A stretch of 64,000 bases of DNA. Source: Podarcis pityusensis. Taxonomy: Eukaryota. The position numbers and the translations under genes are program-made. Location: NCBI GenBank assembly GCA_964106645.2, contig OZ067039.1. One strand, written 5' to 3'. Below, in pieces: positions 1 to 12,907 of the stretch. Positions within the stretch are counted from its first letter, which is position 1. Each line of letters opens with the position of its first letter. Under the pieces are notes generated by a model that did not search any database, was not told where the DNA came from, and saw only the letters and a program-made list of their open reading frames with translations.

Positions 1-1484
1 AGAACACATCATCCTCCGAAGCTGAGCCATTCTGCCCCAGGTCAGGGGGGAAAAGCCTTTTCTCATTTTAGGGCAACATGAACTCTTGGGAAAGCAAACA
101 AATCACCTAATCACAGAGAAACTGAGGAGGGAGGAGATGGGGGGGAGAGATGTTCAAGGCCAAAGGTGGTTGTTGATCTCACATCCTGAGACATCACATC
201 CTGTAGCTAGGTTAGTCTTGGCATGGCAGGGGGAGCAGGAAGTATCCCATGCCTTTGACCATGTAATGCATGAAAGCTGCCCAGTAAGTCCTTATGCTTT
301 GCTACCCATTTTCCAGCTAACCGTGAATCACTTCCATGATGAATTTCAGCCAGCAATACGCAAATCCATTTCCATCCGTTTGAGGCACTCCCTGGGCACT
401 GCTCCATTGTGAGATTGCAGCTTTCACCTTACTCCTTTGTCCCTCCACCTTTTCCTTTGTTATCAAAAGCTGAAAGGAGGGATGAGTCACCCAGAAAGAT
501 GACAGAAGAGCTACTGGGTACTTGCTTCCTGGACTTGCCCAGTCACCCGCTGCCTGGGCTGTATCAGGAAGGGATACTCCCAAGAAATGTACTGGCGATG
601 ACTTGCAGTGAGCAGGAATTCCTCTCCATCCCAGTTCTTTTTCTTTTCTTTTTTAAAAGTGATGTGTTCTTGAGGGATCAACAGATATGTTTTCTAGTAA
701 GTCTTATTGATCAGGGGTGGCTCGTCACATTTCTCTTACTGAGGCTAAATGAGAATCTGGCCCCACTCCACCCCCACACTGAAGCCTTGCTTACTAGGGT
801 TGTATGGTGGTGGCTTCCAGTGAGATCTCACGGAAAGTTCGTGAGATCTTCCTGGAAGCTGCACCATCCCAGTGGCAGCAGGGGGAGAGTGGGGCACCCA
901 TGGGGGTACTGCCCTGCAGGATTCTGCCACCTGAGGCAGTTGCTTCGCTCCACCTGATGCGCAAGAAGGACCTGCTGATGATGTCTGTGACAGTCACTTC
1001 TAAGTTAGTCAGTATGGGATTGCAACTTGAATTTACTAAAGCTTCATTAAACTCCGCTGATTTGAGCTAGCACACAGTACTACAATTAGTGATGGGCAAA
1101 CTCTCATTGGAACCTTTGGGAATTGGCCAGGCAATTATAAGATTCATTGGTGAATGCTTTTTGTATGTTCATGTGGTGCAGGGGAACGAGGAAGGCAACT
1201 CTGGGGGCAGGTGTCATTGGCAGTGGTGTCACCCAAGAAGCAACACTTATTGTTGTGGTATTGTAGCGTCTTCATTTCCCACTCAGCCCTTCCTGGTAAC
1301 AAGTCAGTTCCTGGTAAATGATTTAAGCACCACCTCAGTAATGCTTTGGCTTTGGCTTATGCTATGATAGGTATGGACAACAACCCCAGCAGATCTAGCT
1401 GAGACTCTTGCTTATCCATTGGCTGCCAGTTGAGTCTATATCATCGTTGTCTAGAGTAGTGGTTATCAATTAGTTAAGTACTAT

Positions 1485-1827
1485 GGACCTCTGACCATTA
1501 GGTCCAGTCGTGACCGACTCTGGGGTTGTGGGGCTCATCTTGCTTTATTGGCCAAGGGAGCCAGCGTGCAGCTTCCAGGTCATGTGGCCAGCATGACTAA
1601 GCTGCTTCTGGCGAACCAGAGCAGCGCACAGAAACGCCGTTTACCTTCCCGCCGGAGCAGTACCTATTTATCTACTTGCACTTTGACGTGCTTTCGAACT
1701 GCTAGGTTGGCAGGAGCAGGGACCAAGCAACAGGAGCTCACCCTGTCACGGGGATTCGAACCGCCGACCTTCTGATCGGCAAGCTCAAGGGGCTCAGTGG
1801 TTTAACCCAGAGCGCCACCCGCGTCCC
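1485..1827 (-). mobile_element. Sauria SINE, copy 1 (tail missing)
   Basis: The minus strand begins GGGACGCGGGTGGCGCTCTGGGTTAAACC (tRNA-derived head with GGTTCGAATCC B-box). The body aligns by eye with the copies at 12908 and 51487. Confidence 0.9.
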
Positions 1828-3281
1828 TTGACTTGCTAGCCTAAAACAAATCTGTGCATGAATCAGAGGCCATGCTGGAGCTGAGTTGGGTACTTTTATC
1901 CATTCTTCCTGCCCATTTAAGTTATTCAAGAAAACATTTAAGCTTGTGGAGAAATGAGTTTCTCCTTTCTTGCAGCCCTTGCCCTGTTCCTCTTGTCTAG
2001 GAAGACACACTCCTCAATATCTTATCCAGAAGTTGCTCAGTCCCCCTCAGTCTGGGCTTGCCTTCTTTTCTGTGCTCACACACAGATTGTTCAGCTGTGA
2101 CGCCAAAGTTAATGAGAACCTGCCATGTCTTTCATTGGGGTTATTTGCAAGGCACTGGGTGCTACCTTTTTTTGCTGTGTTCTTTTTTTCCTTGATGGGA
2201 TTTTTAATGCAAAGAGACAGCAGCCTGCACAAGGCCCCTGACAGGCTTACAGCACATGGGGAAAAGACTGACTGACACAGTGCTCACTTGAGAGCAGAAC
2301 AATCTGTGTTTCTGTGCTACTGCTAATTTGCTCTAATTATTTCTTGTCTAGATATGAGTGACTGAACTGTAGAACAGCACCATCCCCCTACATCTTAAAT
2401 GGGTTTTGCACAGCTTTGAATGCCTTTTTTTGGTTTAACTATACATGGTGACTTTTCAGTATTATATGTTTGGATATACAGCCCAGAACTGTTGAGACTA
2501 AATGCCATGACTGAGTAGTGTGCATGCTAGTTTAGTTTAAGAAGAAGAATATAGAATGCTAGTAATGTTTATTTTTATTTAATGAACTACTTGATTGTAA
2601 TAAAACTTCTTAAGCATTTTACAGCAAATGTTCCTAGTAATGTTAGTCACTGTACTCATCATAATTGAACATCAAAGGTATGCTTGTATCTAATTGACTA
2701 ACTTTTGACTAAACGATGCAATAAATTTGCTCCATACAAGTTTTATTTCCCTGCTTTGTAGTAAAAGATTTAATTATCTATGCTGTGTCTCCAGGTTTGT
2801 CTATGTTATATACTTTTCAAAAAATGTTGGCTACTTATAGAAAAAACACTGGTTTAACAACTTCTATGAGACGGAGCTTTTTCATCCCTGTTCTGTTGTG
2901 GCCGTATCTGAGATTTAATCAAGAGAGGCACAGTTATTCAATACAAGATTCATTTTTTGTTGTGAGAGTGTGTTGTTTCCTTCTTTCCATTTTTACCTCC
3001 ACAGAAGAGTTGCCTCAATGAGCAAGCAGCACGTTCCTCCAAAATGTTAAGCTCTTAGAGGCTTGGCTTTCAGATGAAAAAGGTGTTCATTAATAATGTT
3101 GTGTATCATTTGTGCTGTGCTTCTGAAACAGCAATTGGAGTCAGATTTCTGAAAACACAAACTATATGAATTCTCCTGAAACATATTTTCCAGAATAGAG
3201 CTGTACAAAGGTTGTTCCATCCTAACATAGATTCAGTGAATCATTAAACTACCAAATAATCTCATAATTTAGCCTGTCTGA

Positions 3282-3570
3282 GGGCTCATCCACATATACC
3301 TTTTGCCGGGTGTTTTCTAGGCACAGGTCCACACTTTCCCAATCCATGTTTTTTTGCCCCACCGCATTCCCCAGGAAAAACAAAATCTTTACTGCTGAAT
3401 CAGAACAAACAGCAATTCCAGTTTTCCGTGGATTGCTGCTTGCTCAGATTCAACAGCAGGTTTTCATGGGGGAAACACCAGAGCGCAAAAAAAAAAAAAA
3501 AAGCTGTGGGACCTGGACAGCCCAGACCCATGCCTAGAAATGCAGAGCAAAAGTAAGTGTGGATGAGCCC
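3282..3570. mobile_element. PIF/Harbinger-type MITE (foldback)
   Basis: 13-bp TIR GGGCTCATCCACA / TGTGGATGAGCCC, 3-bp TSD TGA (3279-3281, 3571-3573), and imperfect inverted symmetry through the interior. Confidence 0.75.
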
Positions 3571-5557
3571 TGAGGGTTTTGATTGTATATTTCCCTGCTA
3601 ATGAGGCAGGATAACAAGTGTAGAATTTGTAAATGTGAATACTAAACTTGTTGCTGTTGTTGTTTTAAAGAAAGATTGTGCCATGTCTAGGAGCTGAGCC
3701 TGAGCTAGTGTTAGATTATTGAACAGTTAGGCAGATTCTGTGTTTCTATAATCCCAGCTCCAGAACTAGTTAGTGTAAGTATGATTTTGTAGCACTTTGC
3801 TGGATTGTGGAAAAAGCCATTGGTTACAAAAGTAATTTGCTTATGAAGGGCACTACTGAGACCTATTTATTTCACTCGAGTGAATAGCTAAGTATGTTCC
3901 AACTTCTGACAAAGCTGCAGAAGGACATAGCTGTTGATTAAATAAATTGTTCTGGGGTTTTTTTGGCTGTATAACTCTGTAAGGTACCATGTGTATTGAT
4001 GGACCTATATAAATATAACCACCATGATACTTTTAGCTGTAGCTGTGCATAAGGAACTATGCCTGTCTCAGGAAAAAAAATATGCAGTGAGCTGCTGCCA
4101 TTCAATGGATTGACAAGTCACATGGGTATGCTGTCAGTCACCCTCCTTGATCACTGTAATTTGGGAGTGTAGTCAAGAGAATTTCCATTATTCATTTTCC
4201 AAATTTGTGGCGGGGAAGAGAAGCATACACTGGCTAGTCATCCACTTGCATGTGCATGAGTTTGAAAAGTGGGGGTGGGGAGATGGACACAGCTCCAACA
4301 CACCAAAGCAGTTTGCTTCATGTTGACTCTTTAAGCACTTTGCAGCAAAAGGGCAGAAAATTCTCAGACAATATGGACCCCCTACCCAAGTAGGGATTTG
4401 TTTAGATAAACCATGGGCACTGGGCAAGTTTTAAAAAACTCACCTAGGAAAAATGCTTTTGTATTTGGTTGGTTGGTTGGTTCTATGAAGGTTACGTTAT
4501 GAATGCTTTAAATCATATGTTGGTCCCTAGCTTTTACACATGGTGTTGGCATTTCTGAACAAACAAAAATATTCGCTTCTTGCTTCTTGGTTAAAGATCT
4601 GGCTTGTATCCAAGCCATGACAGCAGCCTCTACTCCCATCCCTGTTCTAGTCATTGTGATTAGTAGCCAGAGCCTGACAGGTTCAACTATGCTACCTCTT
4701 TAATGTTTGACTGGGATAAGGGAGGCCTATTTAGGGCCATATAGCAATCTTGAACTCAGTTTGTATGCTCCCATCTCTTGCTGTAATGCAAGCCTGTCTC
4801 AGAAGGCAGAGGTTATGTCATGGAAGTGCATCAGTGAACCACATCCTGGTTCCATGCCACTATTGGGGACTGGTGTGCCAAATGAGAGCTACAGGGCCAG
4901 TAGCAAATCCAATTGATTCACTGATACAAATGAAATTAGGCAGGCCCAGTGGCAGGGGGCAGGGAGAAGCATGTGAAGAACGCTGGGGCCTCTGCCTCCC
5001 TGTGAGGAGGCAGCAGCTGGGGATGAGGCAAAAAAGGCAGAACCTAAACAAGGTTTAATACTGCTTTGGCCTTACTCACCCTTTTCCTATTAACCCCCCT
5101 GCTTGCTGTATGGGAGGCCCTCCAAACTGCTGCCCAGCTTCAGTGTTCTGACAGGCAAATTGAGGAAGAAACAGATGTTGGAGCTGCTGCCAGATGCTTC
5201 ATCCAGATGTTTGTTTGTGTTGAGTGTAGACACAAATACAGACTCACCCCTGTGCTGACATTTGAACATCCACGCTGCTTGAAGGTTGCACATACATTTT
5301 CTGCCACACAGAGTCTCAGAAAATGAGAAGATTTGCATTGACTTGTTCGTGTTTTGTTTAGTGACCATCACATATACTTCTTTTCATAGATTTGGTGATG
5401 CATGGGCATTCACAACAGGCATACAAGCAAACACATAGACAAACACCCATAATTATATGAGGCTATTTCAAAATACTTTAAAACTATATTTCCTCCCCCT
5501 TTGGTAGGTCTGAAGGTTAGTCTTTTTCTTTCACTGTTACAGAAAAAGAGCAATGTG

Positions 5558-5849
5558 AGAATGGATTTTTTTTTATAGATTACCTTAATGAACACTGTAC
5601 ACAGTTAAAAACGTTAGCAGGATTAATATAACACTTGTAATGTAATAATTCTGTGGTTATAAATGGAAATTTGAATATAAATTTGGATAATATTATAAGA
5701 TGCAGTATAAAAAGAAGCATTATGGAAACCACGGGGGTGGGCGATGGAGGGAAGTCCAAGGATTCAGAGAATCCTATATATGTATAAAATTGATTATATT
5801 TGAATACAAAAGATATTTGTAAAATTGAAAATAAAAATATATTAGAAAA
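5558..5849 (+). mobile_element. 5'-truncated L1-like LINE 3' end
   Basis: 17-bp TSD AGAAAAAGAGCAATGTG (5541-5557) / AGAAAAAGAACAATGTG (5850-5866). It opens with an ORF2-terminus-like frame EWIFFIDYLNEHCTQLKTLAGLI*, followed by an AT-rich UTR with a G-rich patch, AATAAA at 5830-5835 and an A-rich tail. Confidence 0.7.
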
Positions 5850-6652
5850 AGAAAAAGAACAATGTGCACTCCAATACTGGAAAGAGGAAACATGCAGTAA
5901 TTGCAGACATAAAAGACAAACTTAGCACTGGATTACTGAAATAGCAGGTCAGGGTACTTTTGGGGGGTGAGGTAGGAAGGGAGGAGGTTGGTATGACAGA
6001 GAAGAACAAGGCTTCTAAAGGTGGTGGTGTTTTGAAAATTGCTTGAAAACTAAAACAACTGAGTACATTTAACTACCCAATACGGACCTTTATCATTCAC
6101 TTAATCATATTCCATGCTGGAGTCACAAGGACTGGCTTTTAAGGCATTGCGTTGCCTGAGGCCAAGGACAAGATACATCCCTCCCATTTCATGTATAGAA
6201 GCGGACCCTCTGGCAGCTGAATCCTGCACTGTACCTGAGAGCAACAGGCTAGGCATATGGCACCCAGAGATCTGTCCCTGTCAGCAGCTTGATGCCACTT
6301 GCTTACTGCTCCTCTTGGTGTCTGATCACTGTCTATCCAGAGCTTTTCAAACTGTGTGTCACAACACATTAGTGTGTTGGCTGCAGTGTGTAGGTATGTT
6401 GCACTAACGCTCCCTGCACTCCTCCTGTGGCTGGAAAGGGCTCGTTTAACCTCCTGTTTGCTCATAAAACTGCATTACCGTGTCAATAAATTATGCATGT
6501 CCAAAAAGTGTGTCACCAACTTGAAAAGTTTGGAAAGCTCTGGTCTATTCAAACAAATGTTGCGGTTCAGCAACAGTGGTGCCAGTATGTATCATGTGAC
6601 AAGCAACACATGATAACTTTTGGAGTGCATGCTTATACTTGTATGCCTCTCC

Positions 6653-6692
<40 letters not shown>
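6653..6692. repeat. (GCTT)10 microsatellite
   Basis: Read directly from the sequence. Confidence 0.95.
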
Positions 6693-6693
<1 letters not shown>

Positions 6694-7835
6694 ATCGCTT
6701 AATCAGGGTCCTTTCCCAGTGGTGCTTTCTGTGTCATACTGAGAAAAGGCAGCTAGGCAAGACAGACAAACAGACCAGCAACAAGCAAACATAATCAGTA
6801 CGAGCTCATTTGGATGGGAATGGCCAAAGGACTCAGGAGGTTAGCTTGTTGGCAGAGGGGCTGCCTTAATCACTCCCCAGCATCAACCACCTGTGACAGC
6901 CATCTCACTGTTCTGTATGGCAGAGCCGGCCTAAATTGTAGTAGATTCCCTAACTGGAGTGAAAGCTGCATTGTTCCAGAGGCAGTGTTCTGTCATTTGA
7001 GTCCTGTAGAAATGAGATATTCCCTGCAATAGAAATGCTACTTAAAGGAAAAATATTTGTATCTCCTGCAACAAATTTAGAATGCCGCATTTATTGTTTT
7101 AGAAATGTTTTATTGGAAAAGCCTCAGATCCACAGTCCTGAATTAGAATACACACATGTTGCATGTACTGCCACTTATAATACTAGTGATCTCATTTATA
7201 TTCTATGCTGATATAGTTCCAACAAAGACCACTGAAATGACATAACTACCAGTCTTCAAAATGCTGTGCCAGTTTCACCCATGTTGAAATAAATTGGGCT
7301 TGTATGGATGGAGCAGCCTGAGGATTGATGTTAACACAGTCTTTGATACAGTGAAGTTCACACACTGCCATATAGAGACCCACTCTCCTTGACTGATTGT
7401 GTGCTGTACACCCATGAAAGGCTCTATCAGGAATTCCTTATTCCTCCCCCCATATTTTTAGTCAGTCACATTCTAAGTACTGTAATGAGATAACACTGTA
7501 TCTTAACAGAGGAAGCTGTTTGGATTGGAAAATGTACCTCTGGCAAACATGTTGACTATAAAGGCTGTGGGGCTGCCTACAGGTAGACAGATTTTGACTG
7601 AGTGAAGAAGGATGTTGATGGATATTTTTATTCCCGTTAGATCAAAGTACACATTACATTAACCATGTGTGGTTCCTCTTCACTTGTAGATGTTTCTTTT
7701 CTGCAGTCTACAATGGTAGGCTAGTATATTTACCCATGTATGCACACCCACTAACACTTTCCTCTCTGCTAGTTTTCTACCATCGAATTCCTCCCGCCCC
7801 TCAGGTTAGCACCACAGGATAAAATATATTTAGGA

Positions 7836-7836
<1 letters not shown>

Positions 7837-7868
<32 letters not shown>
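7837..7868. repeat. (AC)16 microsatellite
   Basis: Read directly from the sequence. Confidence 0.95.
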
Positions 7869-7872
<4 letters not shown>

Positions 7873-8317
7873 CTGGAGTTTGGAGTAGCAAGCTGCATGT
7901 AGTTAATATTGTGTGTAGCTTGAGTGTCTTGGTCTCAGCTGAATCCTATTCTCAAGAAACTTGGTTGCTATTTTGTAGAAGCCTTCATGGACTAAAAGCA
8001 CATTCTTGTGATAGGTGATGTGGTAGTGATGAATTATTGAACCTTCCAAAAGTTTTGTTGACTGAAACCAGGCTGTCCTTTCCTGGGCCGCTCCCAAATG
8101 TTGGGAAAACTTTTTCTTACTCAGTATGTCTTTTAAAGATGTCATTTACATGGTCCTCCTGCAGCACAAATATCCCCTTCTGTGAGAAGGTGGGAAGGGT
8201 ATTATGAAGAAGTTCCCTAGGAGTTATATAGATCTCCTGCCTGGTTCACTGCAGTGAACAGAAACAGTGATGCAGGAACAGCCAGCTATATTGCTGTCCT
8301 GCCTGCCACTCCGTCTA

Positions 8318-8532
8318 CAGTGGTACCTCGGGTTACAAACGCTTCGGGTTACAGACTCCGCTAACCCAGAAATAGTACCTCAGGTTAAGAACTTTGCTTC
8401 AGGATGAAAACAGAAATCGTGCAGCGGCAGCAGGAGGCCCCATTAGCTAAAGTGATACCTCAGGTTAAGAACGGTTTCAGGTTAAGAACGGACCTCTGGA
8501 ACGAATTAAGTTCTTAACCAGAGGTACCACTG
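8318..8532. mobile_element. Tc1/mariner (Tigger-like) MITE, copy A
   Basis: TIR CAGTGGTACCTC / GAGGTACCACTG, TA TSD at 8316-8317 and 8533-8534, internal repeated GGTTAAGAAC. Confidence 0.88.
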
Positions 8533-11500
8533 TAATATCCTCTGTCAGGAAGGTCTGGAACTGGAGATGGAAAGAATTCTGCACAGCAAAAGTCTCTTAG
8601 GGCATATTCTGGAGATTCCTCCCCCCCTTCCTTGCTGGAAGCACTTGAATGACCTTGAAAGGCTTATTATTTCAGCAATAACTGGCATAGCTGAGATTAC
8701 AGCAACTCAGCAGAGAAATCAAAATAGGCACATTCCACTGGGCTGCCCCCCCCACAAAAAAATGTCTGCAGAGGGCAGTTAGACTTTCAAAGAAGAGAGT
8801 GTCTCAACCCAGTCCAGTATTTTGGAGGCAAAGTCTATGTGGCTGGTGATGGTAGGTGGTCAAATCAACCAGTGTATGCCCTCCACCAGATTGAATAAGA
8901 ATACCATGCCAGCTGTTGAGAGCCCTGTTTTTCTCAGAAGAGAATGATTAGGTAGCTTTTAGTATTGCCGACACATGAAATGTGTGCCAGCTGTTAACCC
9001 AATTGTGCACCCTGTATCCCCCCAAGAGGATGTAGCCTGCCTTCATAATATAAAATATTATTGTCATGTTTGTATCTGGTCAGATTTTATTTCTGTATTT
9101 ATTAAAACATGTATTACTTCCGTTCATCATAATTGGAATGGCAGTTACAAAATAACAATTAAAATCCTTAAAAATAAACTAAGATCTGCACAGATTAAAA
9201 TGCCTGGATAAACAGAAATGTATTTTCATTGGCACTGAAACTATTGCATAATTGGTGCCAGGCAACCCCCCCCCCCCAGCACAACCAGGGTGCCATTATT
9301 AAGAGAGCCATTTCCTTTGTAGATGAATAATGTACCTCTGAGGGATGGACTACATGAATGATCTTAAAGCCTTACCTTTAAGGAGCTCACAGCAACATAT
9401 ATCTAGGGTTATACTCTTTTATCATTGAAAGAAGCAGTGATTTGCTCAGGGCCATCTAGTGATCTTCAGTGATATCAGTCCAGGTTGAACAGTCTACCCA
9501 CTGCCCTACATTAGCTGTCTTAATTCTGATGTCACCCCTAATCATTCAGCAGCCACCCCTAATCCTGTTGAATTTTTGCTTCAGGGGGAAAAAAGGAGGG
9601 ACCTCAGTGAGCCTGGCAGGTGAAAGAGGGATAAGATAGTGCAGGGTGAGTAGATGGAGTAGATGGAGAGTATTACTAGACAGAGTAAAGCCTGTTATAT
9701 TTCTGGTGACACTGAGGGTGATAATGAAACCCTGGCTTGCACCCAAGGCATCTGTAGCACTCCTGGCTGCCATCTGTGTGCCTCATTTAGTGACTGAATA
9801 TTCATGACCCTCATTAAACTCTTTCAAATACTTCCCCAGCAGAGGAGCTAAAAATAACTTGGGGAAGGGGGAGGGTCGCCCCCTTTATATTCTATAAAGC
9901 ACCCAGAATCTGGTTAAGATAGGAGCCTCTAGTTATCACAAGCAGCCTTTTCTTACTAGCCTTGGTTCCCAAATGTGTCTGCAAAATGAAAAGTATTACC
10001 ACCACTCCACAATGTCCAAGTGGCAACATGGTCCTTCTCATCCTGGCTCTGTGTGCTTTCACTCCTTTTTCTGCCTCTTCTTCCTTTCCTGACTGAGCTT
10101 TCAAGCATTCAGAGAGGCTGTATTGAGGGCACTTGCCTGTCTCTTAAGAGGCTGTGATTAGAGACTGCTATAGCTTGTTACAGATATACAGATATGAAGG
10201 GAACCATGTGGTCTCTAGGAACTTCCTGCAAGTATAGGAAAGGTGTTCAGACTTGAAATAAAATTTTGCACAAATTTAAATTTGTCAAAACTCCTGAACT
10301 TATATTTTTGTTGTTGAATAACCATAATTATTTAAGTTTTCATTCAGAATTTGAATTAGATACTTCCTTTAAAAGAAAACCCTGTCAGTTCTGGTTATTT
10401 TTTAGGCAATAGTGTTGCCTAGTTAATTTCTTTTCTACCTTGTTTCCCCCATCAATCCTTTACCTCTAACTGCATCCATAACTCTTACTATTGCTGATAA
10501 CGTTGTAGAGGGGCTGAAAGCAATTCCCTCCCTCCCCCAAACCCCTGATTTTTCCCAATCAGATTTGAAGATGGAAGATACATACATGTAAGGTAAGAGC
10601 TGACAGACGGCAGGAGTGGATTGATAGAGTTGGCTAGCTGCCATCTCAAGCAGTGAAGCAACTAATGTCGCATATCTTATGGGGATTCCTGAGGAATGAC
10701 ATCTGCATTGTTCATTTTTTCAAGAAGACAAATGCAATAGCAGAAGCACTGAGCATGCAGTCTCAGGGCCTCTAAACAAAAAATGTTTATTTCTGTGATT
10801 GCTTCTTCACACGCACTTTTAAACTATTCAGTTGTGCTTTTGCCCAAAACTTTAAAATACTAATTTCAATGCAACTCCGTTCATGTAGACTAATTCGAGG
10901 CCACTGAAACTTTGAGTTGTAGTCCCTTTCCATGATGCAAGATTGGGGCATCTACCTCAGGTGTAGAATGGTCACTTGTGTACATCACCAGAAAAGGAGA
11001 CACAGATTTACATAACAATTGTACATGCTGATTCATATGTATTGGTGCAAATCTAGAAACGACCACTCTAATTTAAATAGAAACGCAATGCAGCCCATTA
11101 TAGTGAACTGGAGTCCAGGTTCCCCATTCCTGAAATAAATGTATTCTGAAAGAGTATCCTCTGTAAAGTAGGATATATGACTACCCTACTCAAGTAGAAA
11201 ATTTTGGATGCTGTTACAGGACAAGAAATTATAAGCTGTAATAACTATAAGTATTGTTATCTTCTTGAAGGTGAAGGAACCACTTAGAATATTATGTTCC
11301 AAGCATCAGACTGTATTTAGCTAGACCCAATGAGCTGTTTCTTATAATGTAAGAGAAGGGCACTTAACTCTTAGATATCTTAGCTGTTGGATGGGTACAT
11401 CACTCTTGAAGAGCGTCACACTAAGAAATAACACATTGGTGTGGTTCATTACACCACCTGATTTTTTCTGTTCTTCCATTCGGTCTCAAAAGCAGAGTTA

Positions 11501-12907
11501 ATTAGAAGAAAGCAGTAATGTGGTGAAGTTCGTACCCTTTGAGATTGGTGGAGTTTTTAAGAACTGTGTATTGTCCCAAAAACTGTTGGTATAATTTATT
11601 TGTTTAAAGAACTTATATGCCACCTTTCAATATAAATATCTAACACCAGAAGGTTCAAATTATAGCAGGATGCAACAGCCCTGGGAATTTGTCATCTGTG
11701 CACTAGAGGCTCAGAAACAGAGGGATTATATCCCTGTGATGTGCATGTGCACACAAAAACACATACGTGCACCAGCACCACCAACTATGTGTCCATACTT
11801 ATAAGAGTTCAGATTTGCAGCACTTGTCAGCTAGAGTGTCAACCTCCTCCTCTAAATTAATAACAGGTTAAACTGTGTGTGGCAATACTCCTTGCACACC
11901 AACTGGATTTGTCATTTTATCATGAATTGTGTCATTCCCCAGCTGCTGTTAGGATCAGGGAGGGTTCCTAGCTTGTTGCCAATGTCATTTGCTGTATCCC
12001 CATGTCAAACATGTTGTTAAATTATGTGAGGCACACGCAGCTGGCTCACAGTGCCAGAGAGGCACGAGAGCCTTGCAGGGGTTATGTGTGGAGAGTGTTC
12101 TTTTGGATACTTTCCTTCTAAGAGCTCTCAGCAGGAACCTTATACTAGGAGTCTTTATTAAATGGCCTGAAGCCAAGGACAACAGCAGGCAAGGATCCAA
12201 GCAGGGGACAGGTAGTAAGGAGGAGAGAGAGGTGTGAGCAGCTTGGGCACATTCCAAGGAGATCACATATTCACCAGCTCCGGAGCCCAGGACTGTTAAA
12301 GAGACAGGACAAGTGCATAATTTCCTGCACAGCTTTGCCAAAAAGGGTATATCTCTGCCTAGATATTCCCCATTTGGGAATTTTCATCAGTGCTGTTCTG
12401 CAAACAACAAGTCTAAGATACTGGAATACGTTAGAAAAGCCGTTTGTGCCCAATTGGATACAACAGGTGGTACATGTTATGTGCCCCTGTGGTACACCAG
12501 GTCAGCTCTGCTCCCCCCTCACTCCTTTTGGCACAAGTGAGTTTCTGTTTGTACTCTTTCTCATGTTTTCTAATCTTGAGCAGTCTAACCCAGCTAACCA
12601 CTGAGTTGCAAGTAAGTTCCTCCCAGTCTCCTGGCTTCGATTTGTAGATGCAGTACTCGGACTCTCAGCTCAATTATTGTCAAAGGCTTTATTCCAAAGT
12701 TCACTACACAGTCTAAACATAGATCAAGTTATAGGTGCACAGGTCTCGAAGATACATAACTAGGTGCAAGCTGAGATGTTGTCTCAACACTTGACACACA
12801 GGTTGGTGCAGCTGGTTCACTGACCAGCCTAGGCTCAGATGCCTCACCTGGAGCTGGAAGTGTTTCACTAGTCAAAGGTGGGGTGGAGACAAGGTCAGAT
12901 GGCTCTA

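Noticed and set aside
409-957. 182-aa ORF
   Set aside because: Non-ATG start, no recognisable domain, low-complexity composition, overlaps a probable repeat, and lies in an intron
1740-1827. tRNA-like A/B boxes (also at ~13180-13266 and ~51755-51835)
   Set aside because: These are the tRNA-derived heads of Sauria SINEs, not tRNA genes
5066-5326. ORF starting MALLTLFLLTPLLAVW, as a possible SEMA3F signal-peptide exon
   Set aside because: The start codon is TTG, there is no PRxxLSFK-like end, and no phase-1 donor at the expected distance
8318-8532. Regularly recurring GGTTAAGAAC words suggesting a CRISPR-like array
   Set aside because: They are internal sub-terminal repeats of a MITE in eukaryotic intron DNA, with no constant repeat/spacer period and no cas genes
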